Positions 30,588 through 40,301 are shown, counted from the first letter of the stretch. The stretch is DNA of 47,304 nt from Microgenomates group bacterium RIFCSPHIGHO2_01_FULL_45_11 (GCA_001803465.1 MHDE01000002.1:1-47304); one strand, 5' to 3'. The notes: a model not told the origin generated them from the letters alone. Made by a program: numbers and translations.

Positions 30588-30691
30588 CAATCAGAAAATT
30601 AACAATATAATTTCTACAAGCTATTAGCTATAGACTATAGACTATCACTTATAACCTACCGACTATTGACTATCAACTATTAACTAACTTG

Positions 30692-30815
30692 GCACCTTAA
30701 CCCATACTGCGCATTAGCGAGTTCGCGCAAACTGCTTATTCAGCCGTTTCGCGACTCTAATGTTTCGTAGGGTTGCGGTGCTCCCCCCCTCGACGGGGGG
30801 ACTCGCACCTTAAAA
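30692..30815 (+). promoter_or_regulatory. Two boxA-like antitermination motifs in the 16S leader
   Basis: GCACCTTAA at 30692 and 30805; same motif before 23S at 40407; resembles boxA GCTCTTTAACA. Confidence 0.6.
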
Positions 30816-31231
30816 ATTCAATAATCAAAAAGTTTTCAGTTTTCTGTTCTCAGTTTTCAGTTTCTACTGATTACTGTTAACTGATGACTGATTACTATTT
30901 GGTAGTCCCAGTACTAATCGCCACAGTACCATTCGGTACGTGGCAGAGCTCGACTTGCTCAAAACTGCTGTTTAGCCGTTTTCGCATTCGGGTTCCAGTA
31001 CGGGACTAGCCAGGTCGAGACGGACTCGACTTGGCAGTTTCAGATGTGGTAGGAAGCGCGGAAAACCAGCTTCTTATTACATCGTAATTAAGAAGTGTTT
31101 TCCGTCAATTTATAGAAGGAAGTTTTTTGTCCCGCTCTTGAGCCTGAATGCCGAAACGGCTGAATAAGCCGTCTACGGCAAGTCAAGCGAACAGGGCGGG
31201 GCTACAAAAATTTTCCTTCGGAAATTTTTTT

Positions 31232-31267
<36 letters not shown>

Positions 31268-31331
31268 TGTGCTTAAGGTATGCAAATCGAGCGGCCCACT
31301 CTTTTTGGTTATTATCTGATACCATGACTGC

Positions 31332-31598
31332 ATGTATTACGTTTATGTTTTAAAAAGCCAAAAATATAAGCAGTTGAAAATATATATCGGAATTACAGCC
31401 GATTTAAAAAGTCGAGTTGCCCAACACAACAACAAAGAAACCATATCAACTCGATTTGGAATTCCTTGGAAGTTAGTCTATTATGAAGCATTCCTACACA
31501 AAAATGATGCTATTAGAAGAGAAAAAAGGCTAAAAGTTGGAACCAGTGCAATTGGCTTTTTAAAACGAAGAATTAAACAGTCATTGGATAGTAATTGA
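31332..31598 (+). CDS. Small GIY-YIG nuclease inside the 16S V1 helix
   Basis: YVYVL...IYIG.T.DL..R..QHN...WKLVYYEAF....A..RE..LK; enclosed by stem 31294-31330/31578-31609. Confidence 0.9.
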   Translation: MYYVYVLKSQKYKQLKIYIGITADLKSRVAQHNNKETISTRFGIPWKLVYYEAFLHKNDAIRREKRLKVGTSAIGFLKRRIKQSLDSN

Positions 31599-32328
31599 AA
31601 AGAGTGGGCAGCGGTGAACGGGTGAGTAATGCGTAGGAATCTACCTCTTGGTGGGGAATAGCTCGCCGAAAGGCGGGGTAATACCGCGTAAGTAACGCCA
31701 CATGGCAACATGTGGCGTTAGATAGGCCGTAACTGGCCGCCGAGAGATGAGCCTGCGTGCTATCAGCTTGTTGGTAGGGTAATGGCCTACCAAGGCGATG
31801 ACGGCTAGGGGGCGTGAGAGCGCGATCCCCCACAAGGTCACTGAGACACGGGGCCTACACCTACGGGTGGCAGCAATCGGGAATCTTGCGCAATGGGCGA
31901 AAGCCTGACGCAGCGACACCGCGTGTGGGAAGACGCCTTTCGGGGTGTAAACCACTGTGGCAGGGGACGATAATGACGGTACCCTGCTAGAAAGCACTTG
32001 CTAACTACGTGCCAGAAGCCTCGGTGAAACGTAGGGTGCAAGCGTTATCCGGATTTACTGGGCGTAAAGGGTTTCGTAGGCGGAGAAACTAGTGGCGGGT
32101 GAAAGCCCACGGCTCAACCGTGGAATTGCTCGTCATACGGTTTTTCTAGAGTCTGTTAGGGGAGGCTAGAATTCTCGGTGGAGGGGTGAAATCCGTTGAT
32201 ATCGAGAGGAATGCCAAGGGCGAAAGCAGGCCTCTGGGGCAAGACTGACGCTAAGGAACGAAAGCTAGGGTAGCAAACCGGATTAGAGACCCGGGTAGTC
32301 CTAGCCGTAAACGATGGATACTAGATGT

Positions 32329-32500
32329 CCCTTCCGCTGAAAGCTGAAGAGAAATGTCTAATTGACCTAATTGCTCTAATTAACGTAATTAAATTCCCAA
32401 TTTTCAAATAACCTAATGAAGCTTGAGATTGGTGTTTGATTAGAAATTAGAATAATTAGAAATTGGTCATTTCCAAAAGCTTCTGCTTTTGGTGGAGGGG
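32329..32500 (+). other. 16S h26 intervening hairpin of ctaatt/aattag repeats
   Basis: About 170 nt where about 25 nt is expected between CTAGATGT and GTGTCGTAAGCTAACGCG; self-complementary. Confidence 0.85.
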
Positions 32501-32537
32501 GTGTCGTAAGCTAACGCGTTAAGTATCCCGCCTGGGT

Positions 32538-32577
<40 letters not shown>

Positions 32578-32696
32578 AGGCGCACAACCGGTGGAGCATG
32601 TGGTTTAATTCGATACAAAGCGATGGACCTTACCTGGGCTTGACATGTACCTGCACTCCCGTAGAAATACGGGATTCTTCGAGAGTGGTACACAGC

Positions 32697-32733
<37 letters not shown>

Positions 32734-33072
32734 CGGCTTAAGTGCCGTAACGAGCGCAACCCCTGTCCCGTGTTGAATATTCACGGGAGACTGCCTTACA
32801 GCAAGTAGGGAGGAAGGAGGGGATGACGTCAAGTCATCATGGCGCTTACGTCCAGGGCCACACACATCCTACAATGGGAAGGACAACGGGTTGCGACCCG
32901 GCAACGGTGAGCTAATCCTTCAAACCTTCCCTCAGTTCGGATTGGGGGCTGCAACTCGCCCCCATGAAGTCGGAATCGGTAGTAATCGCGGATCAGCAGA
33001 CCGCGGTGAATACGTTCTCGCCTCTTGTACACACTGCCCGTCAAGCCAGCAAAGTTGGCAGCGCCCGAAGTA

Positions 33073-33143
33073 CCCCTCACCTTTACCCGGAACAGAACAC
33101 GGCTGAATAAGCAGACGTTAAGTATCAGAGTAAAGGTGAGGGG
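33073..33143 (+). other. 16S h44 tip extension
   Basis: CCCCTCACCTTTAC...GTAAAGGTGAGGGG enclosing CGGCTGAATAAGC. Confidence 0.75.
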
Positions 33144-33431
33144 GTCTAAGGCGAGGTCAGCGATGAGGACTAAGTCGTAACAAGGTATCCGTACTGGAAG
33201 GTGCGGATGGATCACCTCCTTTCTAAGGAGTTTGGGTTACCCCCTCACGCGGGTAGCCTTTCCCGATGTAAATCGGGATAAAACCAAAGAGCTTCCTACT
33301 ACATCTGAAACTATATTAGCCATCAGCCATCGGGCAACAGTAAGTAATTTGACCAATCATTATTTACTGCTCATTATTCATTACTTTCTGCTCTCTTTTT
33401 TCTACTTCTTACTCATTAATTATTATCCTTT

Positions 33432-33668
33432 ATGGCCATCAATTCTCCTGAACAGAACACACCAATTGAACAGAGTCTGGGTTACTATTTAGGACCTTCT
33501 AATCTGGCCAAGACCGTTGAAGGCCTTAGCCTCCTGGCTGGTTTAACCTTAGAAAATCCCGCCGTCATCGCCGTCGCCGGCCTCCTTCTAGTTGTTAACG
33601 TCGCCACCGACGTCGTCATTATTGGCGTCAAAATCCTTCCCCATCTTTCTTCTCCGCCGGAAGATTAA
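33432..33668 (+). CDS. Small membrane hypothetical protein
   Basis: 78 aa hydrophobic ORF just after the 16S trailer. Confidence 0.6.
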   Translation: MAINSPEQNTPIEQSLGYYLGPSNLAKTVEGLSLLAGLTLENPAVIAVAGLLLVVNVATDVVIIGVKILPHLSSPPED

Positions 33669-33754
33669 TTTCTCAAAAATTCCTAGAGTTAACTTCTTCT
33701 CCATCAACTAGACTGTTTCTCTCCAGGAAATAGGACGTATAATACGGCCAAGAA

Positions 33755-33988
33755 ATGAATTATCTTACCCCCGAACAATCGCTGATTATTCGCATCGATA
33801 ACGCCAGGGTTATCCAGGGTTGGCTTAACGCCGGCTTCTCTTGGCCAACGGAAACCCCTCCCGACCTCATCGCCGCCGTTACCGCCTTACTGGCCGGCAA
33901 AGACCCCACTCAAATTATTCACCATCACGACCTTCAAGCATCAATTCTTGATAATACTTTAAGAAGCTCTCCCAGAAACGGCAAATAG
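33755..33988 (+). CDS. Small hypothetical protein
   Basis: 77 aa ORF; TATAAT upstream. Confidence 0.6.
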   Translation: MNYLTPEQSLIIRIDNARVIQGWLNAGFSWPTETPPDLIAAVTALLAGKDPTQIIHHHDLQASILDNTLRSSPRNGK

Positions 33989-34246
33989 CCAAAAAAAACC
34001 GGCTTTGGAGAGGGCGTAATGCCAAAGTGACACAATGTGTCACACTCTCCGCAGCCGATTCATCCGACTCATAAAAACCATTTAGACGAACACCAGAGGT
34101 GCTCGCCATCAATAGCTCTTACGAGCCGGGTTAAACACTGTGATTTTGGGAAGAGGCTTTTCCCCTTTAAGCCTCTTCCCTTAGGATAATTGCTGATGCC
34201 CCTGGCTAGGCATCCTCCGAGCCTCTACTCCAGGGGCACAAAAACG

Positions 34247-35347
34247 CTATCCGTCTTTGTCGACCATCTTGGCCAGCAAGGTTCCGGTATCAACCGGAGA
34301 CCATGGACGACTGGACCACCAGTCCAAACTCAAGTACAAGGCCTTTTCGAGGCCTCCGTACTCGCCAAAGGTAACTTTCTGGAGCGTACCATCTATTGAC
34401 TGGCTCCAGAGGAAATTGCCTTCGGCAATCCAGAGCGCGTCAGTCTTATTGCGCTCCGGATTGAGCCAGAGACCTGTCGCCAGGGAATTGAGGGGAGCCA
34501 AGCCGAGGAAATTCCACCGCGAAAACCCCTCGAAGGCGACAAAGGCTTCGTTACCTCGAGGATTAAAACTTACCAGGCGGCCGCTTTGCGTAGTTGGGTA
34601 CGAGCTAGTTCCCTTGATGTTCGTAAAGGCAATGCCATCTGGGTCTTCTACCGCAACCCATAGGCCATCGGGGCTTACAACCGGATTTTCTCCTTGGGTC
34701 AGAAACTGGTTAAAAGACCCAGTTCGGTCAGTCTTAAAAGTGCTCCCGAACGGATCTTCATACAAAATCACCCAATCAGAATTCCAATCGTTTGCCACAG
34801 CATCGAACAACGGTGTTCGCCACACCCCATCTACGCTGGCGACCCAGAGTAACCCATTGAAAATGTACGAGAAGAAACAGCCGTCAGGGCTGATAGCCGG
34901 GTCTTCTCCTTCCAGGATAAATTTCTCCTGGGCTAGAGTTCCTGCCTCGATCATTTGGCGGTGGATCTCGCGGGCCCCATCGATCTCAAGCGCGGCGAGA
35001 AGCTCGCCGTTCTTGAGGCAGTCGATCAACTGCCTCGGGGGAGCCGGGGGTTGCCGACGGCGGCCTCCACGACTAGAGGTAGTTTCACCATCTCCACCAG
35101 GCCCAGGCTGGGGTTGAGGCTCCGGCTGGGGGACAGGCTGGGGAGTGGGCGCAGGGCATTGGTCCGCCTCCCACTCATGGTTGTTTACCGGCGGGCCTTT
35201 CGGCTCCCAGTACTTGTCGTGGCATTTGCCGGCACTGTCCCAGTGCCGGTACCAGCCGGGGGGTCGGTGGTCACCAGCGAGGGCCGGTGTGACCAAGACC
35301 AAGACGAAAATAGTTGCCAGCAAAACGCTGGTCAGTTTCTTAAACAT
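34247..35347 (-). CDS. Secreted protein with Pro/Gln linker and TolB/PD40-like beta-propeller repeats
   Basis: Signal peptide ending ALA, PQP repeats, PAISPDG / PVVSPDG / SFNPRG; AAGGAG RBS. Confidence 0.8.
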   Translation of the reverse strand: MFKKLTSVLLATIFVLVLVTPALAGDHRPPGWYRHWDSAGKCHDKYWEPKGPPVNNHEWEADQCPAPTPQPVPQPEPQPQPGPGGDGETTSSRGGRRRQPPAPPRQLIDCLKNGELLAALEIDGAREIHRQMIEAGTLAQEKFILEGEDPAISPDGCFFSYIFNGLLWVASVDGVWRTPLFDAVANDWNSDWVILYEDPFGSTFKTDRTGSFNQFLTQGENPVVSPDGLWVAVEDPDGIAFTNIKGTSSYPTTQSGRLVSFNPRGNEAFVAFEGFSRWNFLGLAPLNSLATGLWLNPERNKTDALWIAEGNFLWSQSIDGTLQKVTFGEYGGLEKALYLSLDWWSSRPWSPVDTGTLLAKMVDKDG

Positions 35348-35929
35348 GGTGTTCTCCTTTTAAAAAATCGAGTTTGGCTTTTGCCGGGGCGCCCATCAAA
35401 CGGCAAAAACTCTGGATTCGCTTTCTTGCTGCTGCGTTTCTATCTTCGGCAGCGCAAGCAGGCCACGATTATGCCTGGATTTTCCAGAGCCGTTAGGCTC
35501 CAGGTCGCCTTAGGCGACAAGGGTTTTCTCCCTCTGGTGAAAAATCTCCTTTTCTTTGTGAAAATGGCCCTCTACGAAGGGCAGACCAAAGACAAATCTG
35601 CGACTAGTGAATAATTTATCTTCACTCTGCCCCTCGCCAAGGGAATCAAAAAGAAAGGTTCGGCCCCCTTCGGAGGGGCACAGCGCCTTAAAGAGAAACC
35701 ATGTCAAGTTTGGCAAACCCCGTCAGACGGGGTAAACCATGTCAATCACAGTGTTTGTTAAGGTGCGAGTCCCGCCATAAGCGGAGCCCACCTTGTGTAA
35801 AGGCACCAAACCAGGCAGAGAAATAAAAGCGAAATTTTATAGCCTACCCGAAGGTGCCAGGGTAGATATAGCCTATAGCTAAAATAGCTATAGGACAGAA
35901 GATTATACCGTAAAATCTTTTAAAAGCAA
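35348..35929 (-). promoter_or_regulatory. Promoter and about 550-nt structured leader with boxA-like motif
   Basis: TTGCTT-16-TATAAT (35929-35902); GGGACTCGCACCTTAA shared with the 16S leader; several hairpins. Confidence 0.55.
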
Positions 35930-35972
35930 CCGATAGTATAAGTTTGAATGTTTCCTAAGCGTCCGGGACTTA

Positions 35973-36104
35973 ATCATGCTGAACTTGCTTGCCCTGTTTA
36001 CACAAAGCGAAGCCAAGTTTGACTTGGCTAAGTCGAAGTGAGTGTATCGAAGGATTTCAGCATCTTGATTGAAAGGCGAGATCCTGAATTAAATTCAGGA
36101 TGAC
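35973..36104. repeat. REP-like palindrome pair with nested insertions
   Basis: tcatgctgaac...ttcagcatct and agatcctgaattaaattcaggatgac; the first loop is expanded by other palindrome families. Confidence 0.7.
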
Positions 36105-36225
36105 CTTGTTGTGGGACTGAAAGCGGTATCCAAACCACTCCCGAAGTTAAATTTTTCAGACTAATCACCTTTATCGAAATCTGCAAATTGACAAAGCCTA
36201 TTTATTTTGAGACTCTTGAAGAGAA

Positions 36226-36744
36226 ATGGAACCTGCTCCCATCCCTAAGGACGAAACAGCCAGATTAAAAGCTGTCGAGGACTTGAAACTCCTCGATACC
36301 CCTCCGGAAGAACGTTTCGACCGCATCACTAGTATTGCCTTAAGACTATTTAACGTCCCCATTTCCACTATTACTTTGTTAGACAAAAATCGCGAATGGC
36401 ATAAGTCCTGTCAAGGCTTGGATCAACGTCAATCCGAACGGGCCTACTCCTTTTGTGGGCACGCCTTGTGGCAGGACGATATTTTTATCATCGAAGACGC
36501 CACTAAAGATCCCCGCTTTGCCGATAACCCCATGGTAGTCAACGCTCCTCATATCCGTTTCTATGCCGGCACCTCACTTTTTTCTCTCAATGGCCAACGA
36601 GTTGGCACTCTTTGTATCAAAGATACCAAGCCCAGAAAATTTTCTCCTGAAGATCAACAAATTTTGAAAGATTTGGTAGTTTGGGTTGAATTAGAAGTAA
36701 ACTGGTACAACCTCTCTGCACGCCCCCGCCGTCCTAACTGGTAA
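36226..36744 (+). CDS. Stand-alone GAF-domain protein
   Basis: E.ARL.A....LLDTPPEERFDRIT, SFCGHA, DPRFADNP.V...P.IRFYAG, GTLCI.D.KPR. Confidence 0.9.
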   Translation: MEPAPIPKDETARLKAVEDLKLLDTPPEERFDRITSIALRLFNVPISTITLLDKNREWHKSCQGLDQRQSERAYSFCGHALWQDDIFIIEDATKDPRFADNPMVVNAPHIRFYAGTSLFSLNGQRVGTLCIKDTKPRKFSPEDQQILKDLVVWVELEVNWYNLSARPRRPNW

Positions 36745-36796
36745 CCTAGGGTTGAAACCGTTCCAACCAATTATCTAGATATCCGATACCCTGGGG

Positions 36797-37594
36797 CTAT
36801 GGCTTTTGAAATCGTCTGCCTTCTTGAGTAATACATTCTCCGGATTCGAGGTGAATCGAATTAGTCGCTTTCCAGCAATTACCCCAATCGGTTATGGGTG
36901 CCGCCAAAAATTCAAGCGATGCCAACACCGTCTCTTGCTCCTGATTCGGTTGCACTTGGCCGGGAAGAATTATCCGGTAGAGGAAACCATTGTAACTCGT
37001 TTGCAAAACATAGCTTGGCCCCACCGCTTCCGTCGACACCGAATACCCTTCGGGTAGGGCAAACACATGCCAACTTCTGCCCGCCAAAATTCGCTGGCCG
37101 CTGGCTTCAATCTCACCATACGTGGTCGCCGTCAAATTTCCCACCGGTTGCGCCTTAAACTTCATGGCGGAGATACCACCGGCATTAAGACTTACCTCTG
37201 TTCTCTGGGGGTCAGTCAGGGGCGTCACGGCCAGAAACATCGTATCCGGGTAGTCAAAGCTGAAGCCAAAAGTAGTATTGCGGTAGGTATTTGTCCCCGG
37301 TTGCTCAAGGGTAGTGGTCACCGCTCGCTCCACCATTCTTTCTTCAAATTGGAATAGTGCCGTTGGCAGATAGCGCTTGGCGTAAACAATTACCCCGATA
37401 GTGGGAATAGCCAGGATGAGAGGCAGAAGAAATGGTTTCAGGTAATTCCGTTGTAGCTTCTTTTCATGCCATTTCTTCACCGTTTCCGTTTCCGGCTGAC
37501 TTTGTGGACGATAAATAGACTCTTTGCTGCTGGGCAAACGCTCTCCTTCTCTCGGTCTGTAGGCTGGGGGAACTGCAGTAAGTTTTTGGGGCAT
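36797..37594 (-). CDS. Membrane-anchored protein with PsbP-like extracellular domain
   Basis: TM helix, TYRN..FGFSFDYP, VLASLEF, C-terminal C...GEC.T.EG.RF. Confidence 0.65.
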   Translation of the reverse strand: MPQKLTAVPPAYRPREGERLPSSKESIYRPQSQPETETVKKWHEKKLQRNYLKPFLLPLILAIPTIGVIVYAKRYLPTALFQFEERMVERAVTTTLEQPGTNTYRNTTFGFSFDYPDTMFLAVTPLTDPQRTEVSLNAGGISAMKFKAQPVGNLTATTYGEIEASGQRILAGRSWHVFALPEGYSVSTEAVGPSYVLQTSYNGFLYRIILPGQVQPNQEQETVLASLEFLAAPITDWGNCWKATNSIHLESGECITQEGRRFQKP

Positions 37595-37628
37595 TAGTGT
37601 CAGTGTAACATACTAGTCTCTCACTCTC

Positions 37629-37994
37629 TATTCGTATCTGGCTGAGTACTCCGGTCTTTAGACCGGAGATGAAAGCCAGAAAGAACATACTGCTTCCCCG
37701 TCAGGGGAATACTACGGCCTTTAGGCCGTAGTAGTTTATTCCAAGAAAGCAGAGAACCCAGGCCTCTTAGGCCTGGGGTGAATGCGGTCTAAATCAATGA
37801 GCGTCAGCGAATTCAAAGCGGGACGTCAAACGTCCCTGCCACGTTTGACGTGGCGGAACATTACGATCCGCCCTGGCGGAGAGTAACATCGGCCAAGTCT
37901 GACTTGGCTTAGATATACTTCTTCTCCCGAAGGGAGAAAACCGAGGCCTCTTTATCCAAAGCAGAGTCGAAGGATTAGGCCTCGGAAGTTTATC
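37629..37994 (-). mobile_element. Two tandem IS200/IS605-like palindromic elements (37629-37740 and expanded 37749-37994)
   Basis: Reverse complements align with 21659-21776, with compensatory stem changes. Confidence 0.65.
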
Positions 37995-38022
37995 ATGTTG
38001 GTATGATAAAATGTTTTAATCT

Positions 38023-38098
38023 GGGCTGGTGGCTCAGTGGCTTGCCCCTCCGAAGTTCTGAGTTAATCGAAGGACGAAGGGGGGTAGACCTGCCCGCC
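38023..38098 (+). pseudogene. tRNA-like relic with a palindromic element in the D-loop
   Basis: GGGCTGG-TG-GCTCAGTGG-[about 44-nt insert]-TAGACC-TGCCC; insert homologous to 45417-45460. Confidence 0.55.
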
Positions 38099-38112
38099 GC
38101 ATTTTTTGAAAT

Positions 38113-38155
38113 GGGCGAATAGCTCAGTTGGTTAGAGCGCGTTCCTGACCCGCCC
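38113..38155 (+). pseudogene. tRNA-Ile 5' half relic
   Basis: GGGCGAATAGCTCAGTTGGTTAGAGCGCGTTCCTGA then CCCGCCC; the 3' anticodon strand and T-arm are absent. Confidence 0.75.
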
Positions 38156-38175
38156 GACACGCTTTGACACAATTT

Positions 38176-38250
38176 GGGTGAGTAGTTCAGTGGTAGAACG
38201 CTATCCTGATAAGATAGAGGTCCGTGGTTCAATCCCACGCTCACCCACCA
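38176..38250 (+). tRNA. tRNA-Ile(GAT)
   Basis: GGGTGAG/CTCACCC acceptor, CTATC-CTGATAA-GATAG anticodon arm, GGTTCAATCC, encoded CCA. Confidence 0.95.
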
Positions 38251-38294
38251 AATCTCCCTTTGACAAGTTAAGAACACCCAATCATAGTAAAACT

Positions 38295-38537
38295 ATGCTC
38301 AAAGACAAACCGGTGACAGAAAAACGATTGATTACAGTTCTTGCAGATTTTTGGGAAAAGGTCGCCTGGCCTGTGTTAGATAAACGCTTTCAAGAAGAGA
38401 GACAACTGAATCACGGCAACTTCCGAGACATAAAGCGCCAATTAAGCGAGATTAAAACAGATTTGGCCGACACTCCCACGCGACAGGAATTTGCCGAGCT
38501 CAACCAAAGAGTCAATCACCACCTCGCCAGCCATTAA
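38295..38537 (+). CDS. Small coiled-coil hypothetical protein
   Basis: TTGACA-17-CATAGT-6-ATG; C-terminal DTPTRQEF.EL..RV. Confidence 0.7.
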   Translation: MLKDKPVTEKRLITVLADFWEKVAWPVLDKRFQEERQLNHGNFRDIKRQLSEIKTDLADTPTRQEFAELNQRVNHHLASH

Positions 38538-38576
38538 TGCTTTGACACCTCACCAGTCCCAGCGTATTCTCAAAGC

Positions 38577-39686
38577 GTGAAAGCTTCTTTCTCCTTGGTA
38601 ATTACCTTTGGTTTAGTAGTCGTCAACTGTCTAGTTTTATACAAACTAAGTATCTCAGCAGGCCTATTTGGCGGCGGGACTCAACTAATTGATTTTGACG
38701 CCTATTATCGCCTCACTGACGAAATCAAACTCGGCCACAATCCTTATACCGTTTCCGCCACTCAAACTCTTGGCCCACCCTCGGTCATCATCCCTTTTAT
38801 CCCTTTTGCCTTTTTTCCTATTCATCTGGCTCGCCAGCTTCTTATCGCTTTAAATCTAGCTGCCGGCCTTGCCCTCTCATGGCAACTCGCTAGACGTCTC
38901 TTTCGGAAGCAATCCCTGACAGCCTTTCTTATTTTGAACGTTATCTTTTGGTCTGCCTTTGTTAGTCGCTATAGCCTGCTCATGGGCCAGCCCAACATTT
39001 TCTTAACCTGGCTCCTCACCCTCTTTCTCACCACCAAAAATCATTCTCTTCAGGGAGTGCTCCTCGGTTTTCTTACCCTTTTTAAAACCTACTTTATTCT
39101 CCTCTGGTTAGCCTTCCGCCGCTTTCCCCAGGTAATTAAAATTGCCCTCGTCACCTTCGTCGGAGTTATAATGATACTGAGCCCTGTCCTCAAACCGGCC
39201 TGGTATCAGTATTATCTCATCAACCGTTTACCCAAACTTTTTACCACCATCCCCATTCCTCAAGACCTTGACTACTACAACCAATCAATCAAAGCCACCG
39301 TTGCCCGCTTTAATGTTCCCACTCTCTATCTTCCTCTCTATATCCTCATCACTGCCCCTTTAGTAGTTAAGGTTATCCGCACCAAGAACGTCTATTTAGC
39401 AGTTACAGTTTCTCTTCTGGCCTCTCCCGTCATCTGGCAATACTATCTCGTTTTTCTTTTTCCCGTCCTGGTTTACTTATCAAGTCGAAAAATCTCACTC
39501 CCTCAAAAACTTCTCCTCGCCGCCGCTTGGCTTTTGTGGTGGCTCAACTTTCCCGTTCTCAACCAACTCCCCAAAACTCTCTGGTCATCCCTTCTCGCCT
39601 CCCACTACCTCATTTCACTATTGTTAATCGCCTTCCTTACCTCAAAAACCCAGAATACGACGAGAATTGACAGAAACCAGTTTTAG
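38577..39686 (+). CDS. GT87 (DUF2029)-like membrane glycosyltransferase
   Basis: DFDAYY...G.NPY...GPP, GQPN, FK, YNQS, SPVIWQYY. Confidence 0.8.
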   Translation: MKASFSLVITFGLVVVNCLVLYKLSISAGLFGGGTQLIDFDAYYRLTDEIKLGHNPYTVSATQTLGPPSVIIPFIPFAFFPIHLARQLLIALNLAAGLALSWQLARRLFRKQSLTAFLILNVIFWSAFVSRYSLLMGQPNIFLTWLLTLFLTTKNHSLQGVLLGFLTLFKTYFILLWLAFRRFPQVIKIALVTFVGVIMILSPVLKPAWYQYYLINRLPKLFTTIPIPQDLDYYNQSIKATVARFNVPTLYLPLYILITAPLVVKVIRTKNVYLAVTVSLLASPVIWQYYLVFLFPVLVYLSSRKISLPQKLLLAAAWLLWWLNFPVLNQLPKTLWSSLLASHYLISLLLIAFLTSKTQNTTRIDRNQF

Positions 39687-39756
39687 CTTATAATCAAAAT
39701 TCTCCGATAATCAAAATTGATTCCCAGGGAAACATCAGTAAATAGAGTAAAACTAA

Positions 39757-40014
39757 ATGAGAAACTTAACAGAAATCAGCAGGCGTTTTTGCAATTTGTT
39801 CGGCATAATCACTCCCGGCCAAGATAGGGAATTGTGGAATGCAGAAATGGCTGCCGCCCTTAATTTAGTGGAACATTTAAGCACTGGCGGAACCTTGGGT
39901 TTGGAAGGTGAAATCGAAGCCCTAGAGGCGTTGAGAGCTGATCCCCAATTAAAGAGCATCGTGGAAATTACTGACGAAAGCTCTCAAGCAGGTAGTCAAA
40001 GCCAGACGCTTTAG
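39757..40014 (+). CDS. Small hypothetical protein
   Basis: 85 aa ORF. Confidence 0.55.
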   Translation: MRNLTEISRRFCNLFGIITPGQDRELWNAEMAAALNLVEHLSTGGTLGLEGEIEALEALRADPQLKSIVEITDESSQAGSQSQTL

Positions 40015-40022
40015 AGTTAATC

Positions 40023-40170
40023 TTGACGAAAGCTATCTAGTTTGTTAGACTAGCCTCGCCTTTAACTATGGTAAATCGCCCAACATCAAAAACACTTTCA
40101 GAGGGGAGACCTCGTCGGCTGTAATCACAGCCTTAATCCTTCAATCTCCTCTTTGAGGAGATTTTTTTAT
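40023..40170 (+). promoter_or_regulatory. Promoter and attenuator-like leader before tRNA-Ala-23S-5S
   Basis: TTGACG-17-TAGACT; 18-codon ORF 40068-40124; terminator AATCTCCTC-ttt-GAGGAGATT-T5; antiterminator 40098-40109/40145-40156. Confidence 0.6.
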
Positions 40171-40224
40171 TCCAAAAGGCTTAACAGACCAATTACGGTG
40201 AACCGACCGCAAGATCGGAGGACT

Positions 40225-40301
40225 GGGCCCGTGGCACAACTGGCTAGCGCGCCACATTTGCAATGTGGAGGTTGAGGGTTCGAGTCCCTCCGGGTCCACC
40301 A
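40225..40301 (+). tRNA. tRNA-Ala(TGC)
   Basis: GGGCCCG/CGGGTCC with G3:U70, CCACA-TTTGCAA-TGTGG, GGTTCGAGTCC, CCA. Confidence 0.95.

Noticed and set aside
31294..31609. GIY-YIG insertions as group I introns with homing endonucleases
   Set aside because: No P/Q/R/S core and no room for one; the ORF fills the loop and is nuclease-domain only
34257..35614. Long plus-strand ORFs of 286 and 219 aa
   Set aside because: Antisense shadows of the secreted-protein gene, which has the RBS, signal peptide and repeats
38113..38250. Intron-containing tRNA or prophage att site
   Set aside because: The downstream tRNA is complete by itself and differs from the relic; no matching 3' half or integrase in the window
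40068..40170. T-box or amino-acid attenuator
   Set aside because: No T-box consensus (AAGGTGGTACC-like) and no run of a single amino-acid codon in the leader peptide
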